Both the position numbers and the translations under genes were made by a program. From Fibrobacter sp. (GTDB lineage: Bacteria; Fibrobacterota; Fibrobacteria; Fibrobacterales; Fibrobacteraceae), in contig JAKSIF010000009.1 in NCBI GenBank assembly GCA_024398965.1, positions 25,581 to 89,580 of the forward strand: DNA of 64,000 nucleotides, written 5' to 3'. Positions within the stretch are counted from its first letter, which is position 1. Every line of letters starts with the position of its first letter. Below the pieces are notes generated by a model that saw nothing but the letters and a program-made list of their open reading frames with translations, was not told the origin of the DNA and searched no databases. Positions 37,453 to 47,029 of this stretch are shown here, one piece after another.

Positions 37453-39249
37453 TCACCCTTCTAGGCTGCCTTCGATGATCCAGCGGCAGAGTTCTTCGAT
37501 GCTGGCGTAGTCGGGGAGGGTCTTTATGAAGTTGGGGGATTTGCTGCGGTCGATGAACTTGCTCCAGGTGGCTTCGTTCTTGGCGTCGAGTCCCAGGTGT
37601 TCTTCGATGGCGCCCTTGGTCCACACCCAGATTCCCTGGCTGCGGAGTTTGGCGTGAATGCTTCTGATGGGGCGTTCTGCCTCGGGCATGGCGGCCATCA
37701 TGGCGTAGGCCTGAGCCGCAGTAGTATTGCTGTGCTTGCTTACGGGCAGTCCGTTCACTAGGCGCAGGTGCTGGTGGAAGGCCAGCTCCCTAAAGAGCCC
37801 CAGGCAGTATTTAATGTCGGGATCGTTGTAATCCAGGAAGCCGTCGTGGGTGGCGGTTGTAAAGGCGTAGTCCAGGTCCACAATGGCGCGAACCGGCATG
37901 TCCATGGCGTCTAGCACCTGCATGCTCTTTCGGGTGTTGCTGACGCCACCTTGGCGTACCAGGGCGCATTTGATCAGTGCGAAGCTTTGCCCTGTAATGC
38001 GCTCGAAGAGCGCAGGCAACACCCGCAGCTCTGTCTTGCCTTCGGTAAGCAGTACATAGTCGGCAAAGAGCAGTTCGTTGCTGTTGCTTAGGCTGAAAAG
38101 CATCTGGAGCTGGCTGGGCGCGTCTTGCACCACCTGGTGTACGGCGTCTTCCATACGCTTACGCATAAAGGTGCCGCGTTCCTTGTTCTTGCGAATCAGA
38201 AGTGAGGTGCTTACGTCTTCGCTGGTGACCATCTGGGCGGAGTGGGTGGCGAACACCACCTGGTAACCTTCGTTGCTCAGGTTCTTGAGGGCCACGCGGA
38301 CCAGTTCCACTGCCTGCGGGTGCAGGTACAGTTCCGGGGAATCGATGAGCAGCATGGTGCGGCTCAGGTAATGATTGTTGTGGTGCTTCTTGATGTCGGC
38401 CAGGTAGCGGATCAGTGCCATCTGGATGGCTCGCTTGGATCCTGCGCCCATGCGTTCGATATTGCGTTCAAAGCCGTCGTCTTCGTCAATGACCTTGAGG
38501 GTAGCCTTCTTGAGGAAGGTTTCCAGGGTGGGTACGGGAATGTCCAGCTCCACCTTGACGCTGGGGAACAGGGGTTTCAGCTTTTCGTTGACGTCGTGGT
38601 CAAAGGCTCCCAGCTCCTCGGCGCGGTTTTCGCTGTCGGGGGAGAGTATGTCGCTGAACTTGTTCAGAAGCAGGTTGATTTCGCCACCGAAACGCCTTTC
38701 AAGGGGCTTGAAAATTTCGTGAAGTAGCTTAGTGAAGGCCTGGTTGCCTTCAAAATCCCAGATGGCGATGGATTCGGGGAACATTCTGTTGAATGCAGCC
38801 AAAAAGTCGGGATTTGCTCGGACCCATTCCTGCCTGTTCGCCCCGTTTCGCTTATTTGAGGGCACAAATACGAAGATTTCTACGGATTCCGGGTTTTCTC
38901 CCGGGATTCTTTGCACCTTTTTGATGCGAAGTTGACCTACGACCTGGGCGTTTACATGCAAAAAGGGCTTGATTGCCGCAGCGCGTTCCTCGCCAAGACG
39001 GGCGATAACCTGCTCGGATATGCCGTCGAAGACGCCTTCTACCTCCACGGCTTCGTTGGGGTCGTCAAAATAGGAGATGTCCAGGGAAAAACTGGACAAA
39101 AGCCAGCGGATTCCCATTAAAATGTTTGTTTTTCCGGCGTTGTTGTAGCCGATCAGTGCCGTAAAGTTACTAAGAGGGAATGTCTGACGCTGGATAGAGC
39201 GCAGATTCGCGATGGTAATTTCGGATAATCTTAGTGCTTGTGGCTGCAT
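37453..39249 (-). CDS. OLD-family ATP-dependent nuclease (ABC ATPase plus TOPRIM)
   Basis: Start MQPQALRLSEITIANLRSI at 39249; GYNNAGKTNIL, MGAGSKR, LLIDSPELYLHP, FATHS, TOPRIM LLTEGKTE and IVDLD, GAIEEHL. Confidence 0.88.
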   Translation of the reverse strand: MQPQALRLSEITIANLRSIQRQTFPLSNFTALIGYNNAGKTNILMGIRWLLSSFSLDISYFDDPNEAVEVEGVFDGISEQVIARLGEERAAAIKPFLHVNAQVVGQLRIKKVQRIPGENPESVEIFVFVPSNKRNGANRQEWVRANPDFLAAFNRMFPESIAIWDFEGNQAFTKLLHEIFKPLERRFGGEINLLLNKFSDILSPDSENRAEELGAFDHDVNEKLKPLFPSVKVELDIPVPTLETFLKKATLKVIDEDDGFERNIERMGAGSKRAIQMALIRYLADIKKHHNNHYLSRTMLLIDSPELYLHPQAVELVRVALKNLSNEGYQVVFATHSAQMVTSEDVSTSLLIRKNKERGTFMRKRMEDAVHQVVQDAPSQLQMLFSLSNSNELLFADYVLLTEGKTELRVLPALFERITGQSFALIKCALVRQGGVSNTRKSMQVLDAMDMPVRAIVDLDYAFTTATHDGFLDYNDPDIKYCLGLFRELAFHQHLRLVNGLPVSKHSNTTAAQAYAMMAAMPEAERPIRSIHAKLRSQGIWVWTKGAIEEHLGLDAKNEATWSKFIDRSKSPNFIKTLPDYASIEELCRWIIEGSLEG

Positions 39250-39367
39250 ACCTTGAATGTATATAAAAATGGGCCGTTGTCCATAGGCAACGGGATTATT
39301 TTTTTGCGTTGTCTGCCATAGGGGGCTGAAAATTATATTTATATTGGTGAAGATGAGTTTGGATTGT

Positions 39368-41044
39368 ATGAAAGTGCGTTTTGCTACCATGGGTGCCATT
39401 TTGGTGGGCTGCCTGTCTGCGACTTTTGTTGGTTGTTCTGAATCTAGCAGTGTGGCCGGCAATAGTGCCGAAACCGGGTCTCCGGAATTGGCTGGTATTT
39501 TATATTTGGACGACGGCACTCCGGCCCGTAACGCCCGAGTGCGTATTGTGGGCTCCAGTTTTGACTATTTTCACGGTAGTGTTCTTGACGATGTTGTGGA
39601 GGTGAACGCCGATTCCAATGGTGCCTTTGCCGTGGATTCTCTGCCTAAGGATTTGTCCAGCTATTCCTTGGAAGCATTCCATGAGGAATCTGGAAAGCGT
39701 CTGTTGATCAAGAACTTGAGCAAATCCGACAGTCTTGTTGACGATACCCTCCAGAATCCGGGTTCTGCCATTCTTGATATGGAACAGGAGTCAGGTCTTG
39801 ATATAGAGGGCCTGACGGGCCGTGCCACCATTGTGGGTACCACATTTACACAGGATGTGGTTGTCAAGGATGACCATGTCTACGTTGATTCCCTGCCGGA
39901 AGGATCCTTGGATGTGGAGGTGCGCCTGTTTGCGAAGGATACGATTCTTGCGTCCTTTGACAGGTTGAATGTCGTTGCGGATTCTACCGTGCGTGTTGAA
40001 GTCAACTATTTCGTAGAAAAAGAGCCCCAGGTGCCGGATACGGTTGTTCTTGACTATGCGGCATCCCTGAAGCTCCAGAATGTTTCCTTTGATTCTGCGG
40101 GTCCGGTGCTTACGGATATTCCTCTTGCATTCCGCATGAACAGTTCTGTTCTGTCTTTCGATAGCGTTACTGTTGCGGATAGCCTGGGCCGTTTCGAGGC
40201 TTATCGCATCAATGCCACAGGCAAGCTGTCCAATTCACTGCCCATTAGCATTGCCCGTCTTGATTCGGCGGCAGGGGAGGCTGTGTTCTGGGTCCGACTC
40301 GATTCCTTGAATTTGGAAGACTCTGTAAAGATTGTGTACAATTCTCAAAAGGAGTCCCGTTATGCAACAGACGTGTTCCCATCCAATGCTGGCTATCGCC
40401 TGGTATGGCACTTTGATGAAGGTGCCGATGTTGTAAGTGATGTGGCCGAAAACAAGATTGTTTCCAATGGAATCCCTAGTGGCGTCAAGGTAATTGATGG
40501 GGTAGTAGGCAAGGCCTATGAATTCGATGGCTCCGCCTCGGTGACCGTCAAGAGTTCCGACGATAGTGAACTGAATCTTTCTGCGGACACCTTGAGTTTT
40601 GCACTTTGGGTTCGCCTGGACGATAAGGAAAATTCCAACACCATCTTTGCTAAGGATGGAATGTACAGCCTGTCTTACGTGCCTAAGGATGGTTTCGTGG
40701 TGCAGGTCCTTGAAGATGCAGACACTGCGCTGTATGTCAACACCTACCATGGTGGCGATAGCTTGATTACCGCCGGGGAATGGAACTTCGTGTATTTCCA
40801 GAACCGTAATGGAATCTACGGCTTGTACGTCAATGGAGTCAAGATCCCCCAGGGCGAAATCAAGGCTGCTACAACCACAAAGCGCGACACTTCTGCGGAC
40901 TTTGTTCTAGGCAAGGGTTTCAAGGGCGCTATCGATGAACTGTTCCTTGGCACGGAAATGCGTTACGAGGAATGGATTTACGTGATGTATGCGAACCAGG
41001 ATCCCAAGGGCATTTGGCCTGAGTTTACCGCGGTAAAGAAATAA
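39368..41044 (+). CDS. Lipoprotein with DUF2341-like and LamG/concanavalin-like domains
   Basis: FVGC lipobox, AGNSAETG motif; LPISIARLD...AVFWVRLD segment; LVWHFDEG, GVVGKAYEFDG, FKGAIDEL LamG motifs. Confidence 0.75.
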   Translation: MKVRFATMGAILVGCLSATFVGCSESSSVAGNSAETGSPELAGILYLDDGTPARNARVRIVGSSFDYFHGSVLDDVVEVNADSNGAFAVDSLPKDLSSYSLEAFHEESGKRLLIKNLSKSDSLVDDTLQNPGSAILDMEQESGLDIEGLTGRATIVGTTFTQDVVVKDDHVYVDSLPEGSLDVEVRLFAKDTILASFDRLNVVADSTVRVEVNYFVEKEPQVPDTVVLDYAASLKLQNVSFDSAGPVLTDIPLAFRMNSSVLSFDSVTVADSLGRFEAYRINATGKLSNSLPISIARLDSAAGEAVFWVRLDSLNLEDSVKIVYNSQKESRYATDVFPSNAGYRLVWHFDEGADVVSDVAENKIVSNGIPSGVKVIDGVVGKAYEFDGSASVTVKSSDDSELNLSADTLSFALWVRLDDKENSNTIFAKDGMYSLSYVPKDGFVVQVLEDADTALYVNTYHGGDSLITAGEWNFVYFQNRNGIYGLYVNGVKIPQGEIKAATTTKRDTSADFVLGKGFKGAIDELFLGTEMRYEEWIYVMYANQDPKGIWPEFTAVKK

Positions 41045-41065
41045 GTCGTACCGTTTTCTTGAAGG

Positions 41066-41093
41066 AAATCCTCCTGCGATGGGAGGATTTTTT
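41066..41093 (+). terminator. Intrinsic terminator
   Basis: AAATCCTCC-tgcgatg-GGAGGATTT plus T-run. Confidence 0.75.
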
Positions 41094-41205
41094 ATTTGGT
41101 CCGTGAAAATTTGAGCACTAGGATGAAATTTGTCTTTGTAAGAGGTTTTTGTCTTGGGATTCGCTAATTTTTATTCCCGTTATTTTGTATTTTTGAGCGG
41201 AAAAA

Positions 41206-44016
41206 TTGGATTTTTTAGTTACAGGTAGGTTTATTCTGCGTTCCCGCTTGTTGTTTTTTGTGTTTATGATGGTGGGCCTGGTTCAGGCTCAGCTTTTGGA
41301 CATGTCCGAGATGTCCGAAAGTTACATGGTGGAGAATAAGATTCACAAAGTGAAGGTGGAAGGTACCGTCCACATGGACGAACGTTCCGTGCTGAGCCGA
41401 ATCGGTATTCGCGACGGTCAGAGCTATTCTCCCACGGGCCTTACAGAAAAGGTCCAGTCTTCCGTGACTTCTCTTTACGAATCCGGCCTGTTTGACGATG
41501 TTACCGCCTGGATTGACTATGTTGGCGATGGTACCGATGTTGATTTGATCTTTAAAATTAAGGAACTGCCTGCCCTCGATACTGCTGTTCTGGAAGGCTG
41601 TGATGAAATTTCCGAGGAAGATCTGTCCCTGAAGATTCGTCTTGTTCCGGGACAGGTGTACAGCAAGAGCCAGCTGGAACGTGATCGCCAGGCTATTTTG
41701 GACTACTACCGTTCCGAAGGTTACCTGCTGGCAGAAGTGGGTTACCGCGAAACTCCCACCGATGAAAACCGTAATATGGTGACCTTTATCGTTCGAGAAG
41801 GTGAAAAGGTGAAGGTTCGTGCCTTTGATATCCAGGGTAACGACAATGTGCCCGCCGAAGACATCATGGAACACATGATTACCAAGATGGACCAGTGGTG
41901 GGGCGGCGGCGAGTTCAAGGAAAATATCTTTGAGGCGGACCGCGATACCGTATTGAATGCAATCCGTCATTTTGGCTACCTGGATGCAGAACTTACAGAA
42001 TACAGTGCCGAGTACCTGCCGGACTCCACCTGTTTGTTCTATATGGGTCGAATGGTTCCCATGGGTGAGAAACTGGATGCCCTGTACAAGCAGTTGAACC
42101 TGGCCTTGGGCGATTCTGCTACCGCTCTCTACAAGATGGCCGGCAAGCCCACTATGCAGGTTACCCACTTCTTCAGGAATCACCGCAATGTGGGTGAAAT
42201 GCCCTGGGTTTCCCGTCCTAAGCCGCAGGTCAAGACGGAAGAGGATGCCTGGAAGTACTTGAACGACATTATCCGTTATGAGGATGCCCGTAAGGAATGG
42301 CTCTGGATTGTGAGGGGCCGTAAGTGGAACAATCCTAAGATTGACTCCTTGTTGAAAATCGAGAAGAAGAACCACTACCAGGAAAAGCTGGTGGTTCGCT
42401 ACATGATCGAAGACATGTTCCCGGCCTTGAATAAGTACGACAACATCAAGACCTCTAGCGCAATTCTTATTCATATCCACATGATTGAAGGTCGTCGCTA
42501 CTACATGGGCGGTCTCCATTTCTCCGGTAACGAAGTCCTTAGCGATGGAATGCTGAACTACGCCTTCCGTCTGGATAGCGGCGAAGTCTTTGACCAGTAC
42601 AAGTATGACGCTTCCCGCAAGGCCTTGCTGGATGCCTACCGTGAAGATGGCTACCTGTTTGCTACCTACGAAGAAGAACGTACCTTTACCAATGATTCCA
42701 TTGTGAACCTGTCCTACAAGATGACCGAGGGCTTGCCTGCTCAGATTCATAAGGTTCATATCCATGGTAACACCAAGACCAATGAAAAGGTGATTCGTCG
42801 TGAAGTTCGTCTGTATCCGGGCGACACCTACCGTCAGTCCGCCCTTGAACGAAGCTTCCGTGAAATCATGCAGCTGAACTTCTTTGACATGGTCGTTCCT
42901 GACATCAAGGTCGTAGGTGAACAGGAAGTGGACCTTGACTTTACCGTTCAGGAAAAGGAAGCGGGAACTGGCCAGTTCAGCCTGGGTGTTTCCTATAGCG
43001 AAAGCGATGGTGTGGTTGGTACCGCCAGCGTGTCTATTCCCAACTGCTGTATGGGTGACGGTCAGGCAGCCTCCTTCAGTGTTGAATACGGCGAAGACAA
43101 GAAGAGTGCTGCAGTCAGCTTCCAGGAACCGTGGTTGCTGGATAAGCCCATTACCTTGGGTGCAAGCTTGAGCTACTCCTGGTGGAACATGAGCCGTTAC
43201 GATGACCCCGACATTACCCGTTACGGTGGAAGCGTCTATCTGGGTAAGCGCCTCAAGTGGCCCGACGACTACTTCTACGGTCAGATCGGTTACAGCTGGC
43301 TTATGAACAAGCAGGGCCCGAACATCGATGACAGCTACGTTGTCTATACCGGTGTGGAATCTGCAATCAACTTCCGACTGCTGCGTGACGACAAGAACCT
43401 GCCGCAGTTCCCCACGGAAGGTTCCCGCTACGTGCTCGACATTCAGTGGGCTGACGATGCCATCTTCAGTGACTTCAACTTTGTGAAGACCGAGCTTACC
43501 ATTAAGTGGTGGTTCCCGCTGTTCCGCGATCGCCTGACTCTTGCCTTGACCAATGAATACGGAGTCATCTTCGGCGACCAGCTGCAGTATCGTACTCTGT
43601 ACTCTATGGGTGGCGTCATGGGTTACGAAGGCATGATGCGTGGTTATAGCTCCGGCTCCATCGGTTACCGTCGCCTGGGCCGTAGCTTCCAGTACGTAGG
43701 TGCGGAACTTCAGCTTGGCCTTGTGCCTCAGACCTTCTATCTGTTGCCCTTCTTCTTTGACGCTGGTAACGTATTCGGCGAACGATACAACCCCAAGACC
43801 AAGGTTCCGGAACCCAGCCGCAACCCGCTTAGCGAATGGGATCCCACTAGCCTCAAGAAGGACATCGGCTTTGGCTTCCGCGTTGTTGTACCTATGCTTG
43901 GTATTATCGGCTTCGACTTTGCATGGCCCTTGGATGTGGGTGAAACCTACAGTGGCTTGCAGCGTACCGAAGTGGGCAATATGGAATTCAACTTCGTTAT
44001 TGGCCAGGGCTTCTAA
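41206..44016 (+). CDS. bamA: Outer membrane protein assembly factor BamA (start uncertain)
   Basis: POTRA repeats (GNTKTNEKVIRRE), SFQEPWL, MRGY loop-6 motif, FDAGNV, GIIGFDFAWPL, terminal FVIGQGF. Confidence 0.95.
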   Translation: MDFLVTGRFILRSRLLFFVFMMVGLVQAQLLDMSEMSESYMVENKIHKVKVEGTVHMDERSVLSRIGIRDGQSYSPTGLTEKVQSSVTSLYESGLFDDVTAWIDYVGDGTDVDLIFKIKELPALDTAVLEGCDEISEEDLSLKIRLVPGQVYSKSQLERDRQAILDYYRSEGYLLAEVGYRETPTDENRNMVTFIVREGEKVKVRAFDIQGNDNVPAEDIMEHMITKMDQWWGGGEFKENIFEADRDTVLNAIRHFGYLDAELTEYSAEYLPDSTCLFYMGRMVPMGEKLDALYKQLNLALGDSATALYKMAGKPTMQVTHFFRNHRNVGEMPWVSRPKPQVKTEEDAWKYLNDIIRYEDARKEWLWIVRGRKWNNPKIDSLLKIEKKNHYQEKLVVRYMIEDMFPALNKYDNIKTSSAILIHIHMIEGRRYYMGGLHFSGNEVLSDGMLNYAFRLDSGEVFDQYKYDASRKALLDAYREDGYLFATYEEERTFTNDSIVNLSYKMTEGLPAQIHKVHIHGNTKTNEKVIRREVRLYPGDTYRQSALERSFREIMQLNFFDMVVPDIKVVGEQEVDLDFTVQEKEAGTGQFSLGVSYSESDGVVGTASVSIPNCCMGDGQAASFSVEYGEDKKSAAVSFQEPWLLDKPITLGASLSYSWWNMSRYDDPDITRYGGSVYLGKRLKWPDDYFYGQIGYSWLMNKQGPNIDDSYVVYTGVESAINFRLLRDDKNLPQFPTEGSRYVLDIQWADDAIFSDFNFVKTELTIKWWFPLFRDRLTLALTNEYGVIFGDQLQYRTLYSMGGVMGYEGMMRGYSSGSIGYRRLGRSFQYVGAELQLGLVPQTFYLLPFFFDAGNVFGERYNPKTKVPEPSRNPLSEWDPTSLKKDIGFGFRVVVPMLGIIGFDFAWPLDVGETYSGLQRTEVGNMEFNFVIGQGF

Positions 44017-44024
44017 GGAGTTTT

Positions 44025-44546
44025 ATGAAAAAGATTCTTATTTTGTTCGTAATGACTTTGGCGCTGGGATTGTCTAGTGGCTTTGCCGAAGATGGTCTCC
44101 GCGTTGCTCACGTAGATTCCAAGCTGATCTTCGATGGTTACAAGGGAACCAAGAAGGCCCAGGAAGAATACGATCGCCAGGTGGCTAAGTGGGAACAGCA
44201 GGGTAACTTGCTGCAGAAGGAACTTGCCGCCATCAAGGAAAAACTTGATAAGCAGGTTCTGATGCTTAGCGACGAAAAGAAGCGCGAACTGGAAGCGGAA
44301 TACGCCAAGAAGGATACAGAACTTAAGAACTTCATTGACCGTGTGTACGGCCGTAAGGGCGAACTGATTTCCGAAAACGAAAAGGTGAGCGGTCCCATTA
44401 TCCAGTTGATCCGTAAGGCGGTTACCGAAATTGCCTTGCAGGAAGGCTACGACATGGTGGTTGACCGCGCTACCGGTGCGGTACTTTTCTGGAAGAAGGA
44501 AAACGACCTGACCCAGAAGGTTTTGGATTATCTGAATAACAGATAA
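44025..44546 (+). CDS. skp: Periplasmic chaperone Skp/OmpH
   Basis: Signal peptide, RVAHVDSKLIF, coiled coil, EGYDMVVD, DLTQKVL; follows bamA. Confidence 0.92.
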   Translation: MKKILILFVMTLALGLSSGFAEDGLRVAHVDSKLIFDGYKGTKKAQEEYDRQVAKWEQQGNLLQKELAAIKEKLDKQVLMLSDEKKRELEAEYAKKDTELKNFIDRVYGRKGELISENEKVSGPIIQLIRKAVTEIALQEGYDMVVDRATGAVLFWKKENDLTQKVLDYLNNR

Positions 44547-44600
44547 TTGCATAGCCCTAGGATTTGCTGAATTTATTCAGCGTCAAAAAAGTTATCTTGG

Positions 44601-44632
44601 TACCGCAGGGTTTTCCTGCGGTATTTTTTTTT
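44601..44632 (+). terminator. Intrinsic terminator of bamA-skp
   Basis: TACCGCAGG-gtttt-CCTGCGGTA plus T9. Confidence 0.8.
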
Positions 44633-44645
44633 GTTAGGAGTATTT

Positions 44646-45221
44646 ATGAAAAAAAGAGTTTTTGCCCTGGTTGTAGCATCCCTTGCAGCAGTAAGCTTTG
44701 TTGCCTGCGGTGACGACAGCAGTTCCACCAACGCATCCAATGAACCGGGTAAGGTGCAGCCGTCTGCATTGCCTGACACGGTTCAGACCTTGGATTCTCT
44801 GCTTAACGAATACAAGTGCCGTGAATCTTACAAGTGCGCCCACGTGTATCTTGTCGAAATGTCGAACATGATGGAATGCGATGGGGATGCCTGGGTTTAT
44901 CTCAGTGACTATCTGCCATCTGTTTGTGAAGAAGTTGCAGAACCGTCTTCGAGTTCTGACACCCAGGCAGAAAGTTCCAGTGATGTCATTGAAGAAAGCT
45001 TGTCTTCTTCTAGCGAGAGTTCGGAGTCTATTTTTGAACCTGCAACAGATTGCTATGAAGGTGGTGCGCAGATTACCATCAGCAATATTGAAAACTTGAA
45101 TATGCAGTGCGGCGGTTCTACGGAAGGCTGGACTGTTTATGATAAAGACCATTGGACACTTTACACATGTACGGATGGCGACTGGGTTGAAGAAGAAGCG
45201 ATCCCTTGCGTAATGGACTAG
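44646..45221 (+). CDS. Hypothetical Cys-rich lipoprotein
   Basis: SFVAC-GDDSSS lipobox, Ser-rich linker, small disulfide modules. Confidence 0.75.
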   Translation: MKKRVFALVVASLAAVSFVACGDDSSSTNASNEPGKVQPSALPDTVQTLDSLLNEYKCRESYKCAHVYLVEMSNMMECDGDAWVYLSDYLPSVCEEVAEPSSSSDTQAESSSDVIEESLSSSSESSESIFEPATDCYEGGAQITISNIENLNMQCGGSTEGWTVYDKDHWTLYTCTDGDWVEEEAIPCVMD

Positions 45222-45254
45222 ATGAATTTTTTATATTTTAGTAGTAAATAAAAA

Positions 45255-45317
45255 ACGCTCATACCTCAAAGGGAGCGTAGCGACCGACCTCACACCTCAA
45301 AGCGAAGCGAGCTCACT
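45255..45317. repeat. Heptamer/REP-like element upstream of ettA
   Basis: gctcata cctcaaa ... cctcaca cctcaaa with GCGTAGC and GCGAAGC mini-hairpin motifs. Confidence 0.55.
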
Positions 45318-47006
45318 ATGGCCGAAAATAAAGCAGAAAAGTTTGTATTCTACATGTACAAGATGTGCAAGTCTTATCCCAACAAGGAAGTCTTGAAGGA
45401 TATTTCCTTAAGCTTCTACTATGGCGCTAAGATTGGCATTATCGGCCAGAATGGTGCTGGTAAGTCTACGCTTTTGCGTATCATGGCCGGTATCGATAAG
45501 GAATTCCAGGGCGAAGCCTGGATTGAACCGGGCCGCACCGCAGGTTACCTGCCTCAGGAACCTCAGCTGGATCCGAACCTTACTGTCAAGGAAAACGTGA
45601 TGCAGGCTGTGGCTAAGAAGCAGGCTATCCTGGATCGCTTCAACGAAATCTCCATGAAGTTCGCTGAACCCATGGAAGATGACGAAATGAACAAGCTTCT
45701 GGATGAACAGGCTAAGCTTCAGGACATCATCGACGCTCAGGACCTGTGGAGCCTGGACCGCAATATTGAAATTGCAATGGACGCTCTCCGCTGCCCGCCG
45801 GGCGACTGGCCGGTGACCAACCTTTCCGGTGGTGAAAAGCGCCGTGTGGCTCTGTGCCGCTTGCTTTTGGAAGAACCGGACCTGCTCTTGCTGGACGAAC
45901 CTACCAACCACCTGGATGCAGAAACCGTGGCTTGGCTGGAACGCCACCTCCGCGAATACAAGGGCTCCGTGATTCTCGTGACCCATGACCGTTATTTCCT
46001 GGATAACGTTACCGGCTGGATTCTTGAAATCGACCGCGGTCGTGGCATTCCTTGGGAAGGTAACTATGCCCAGTGGCTGGACCAGAAGCTGGAACGTATG
46101 AAGAACGAAGAGAAGGGCGAATCTGACCGTCAGAAGCGCCTGGCTCGCGAACAGGAATGGGTCAAGCAGAGTCCCAAGGCTCGCCAGGCCAAGAACAAGG
46201 CCCGTCTTAAGGCTTACGAAGACTTGCTGGCCGAAGACTCCAGAGAAAAGATTAACGTGGCTCAGATCCACATCGCTAATGGTAACCGTCTGGGTGACAT
46301 CGTTATTCAGGCAGAACATCTGCAGAAGGCCTTTGGTGAAAAGGTGCTGTTCGACGATATGAACTTCAGCCTGCCTCGCTCCGGCATCGTGGGCATTATC
46401 GGTCCTAACGGTGCTGGTAAGACCACCTTGTTCAAGATGATTACCGGTTCTGAAAAGCCCGATGCAGGTACCTTGAAGATTGGCGAAACAGTCCAGATTA
46501 TTAGTATGGAACAGGGCCGCGATTCTCTGGATGATACCAAGACCGTTTGGGAATCCATTACCGGCGGTAACGACGAAATTATGGTGGGCGACCGCAAGAT
46601 GAATGGCCGCGCCTACTGTGGCTTGTTCAACTTCACTGGCGCTGCCCAGCAGAAGAAACTGAACACTCTTTCTGGTGGTGAACGCAACCGCGTGCTCATG
46701 GCCAAGAACCTGCAGCAGCCCGGTAACCTGTTGTTCCTGGACGAACCTACCAACGACTTGGATATCGAAACCCTCCAGGCTTTGGAACAGGCTATCCTTA
46801 AGTTCGCAGGCTGCGCCGTGATCATCTCCCATGATCGCTGGTTCCTGGACCGTATCGCAACCCACATCCTTGCTTACGAAGGCGACTCCAAGGTGGTCTG
46901 GTTCGAAGGTAACTGGAGCGAATACGAAGCCGACCGCCGCAAGCGTCTGGGCGAAGATGCCGAAAACCCCAAGCCCATCAAGTACAAGACTCTCACACGA
47001 AACTAG
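45318..47006 (+). CDS. ettA: Energy-dependent translational throttle (ABC-F) protein
   Basis: Two ABC cassettes; ISLSFYYGAKIGIIGQNGAGKS, KSPKARQAKNKARL linker, VWFEGNWSEYEADRRKRLG end. Confidence 0.95.
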   Translation: MAENKAEKFVFYMYKMCKSYPNKEVLKDISLSFYYGAKIGIIGQNGAGKSTLLRIMAGIDKEFQGEAWIEPGRTAGYLPQEPQLDPNLTVKENVMQAVAKKQAILDRFNEISMKFAEPMEDDEMNKLLDEQAKLQDIIDAQDLWSLDRNIEIAMDALRCPPGDWPVTNLSGGEKRRVALCRLLLEEPDLLLLDEPTNHLDAETVAWLERHLREYKGSVILVTHDRYFLDNVTGWILEIDRGRGIPWEGNYAQWLDQKLERMKNEEKGESDRQKRLAREQEWVKQSPKARQAKNKARLKAYEDLLAEDSREKINVAQIHIANGNRLGDIVIQAEHLQKAFGEKVLFDDMNFSLPRSGIVGIIGPNGAGKTTLFKMITGSEKPDAGTLKIGETVQIISMEQGRDSLDDTKTVWESITGGNDEIMVGDRKMNGRAYCGLFNFTGAAQQKKLNTLSGGERNRVLMAKNLQQPGNLLFLDEPTNDLDIETLQALEQAILKFAGCAVIISHDRWFLDRIATHILAYEGDSKVVWFEGNWSEYEADRRKRLGEDAENPKPIKYKTLTRN

Positions 47007-47029
47007 TTTCCTTTGGAAACTTGTTTCGT

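Noticed and set aside
36317-39249. ATPase plus OLD as a Gabija system
   Set aside because: The partner is not a UvrD-like GajB helicase and the genes are convergent rather than co-transcribed.
37453-39519. 688-aa version of the OLD ORF starting at 39519
   Set aside because: The extra 90 codons overlap the divergent lipoprotein gene and intergenic DNA; family similarity begins at ATG 39249.
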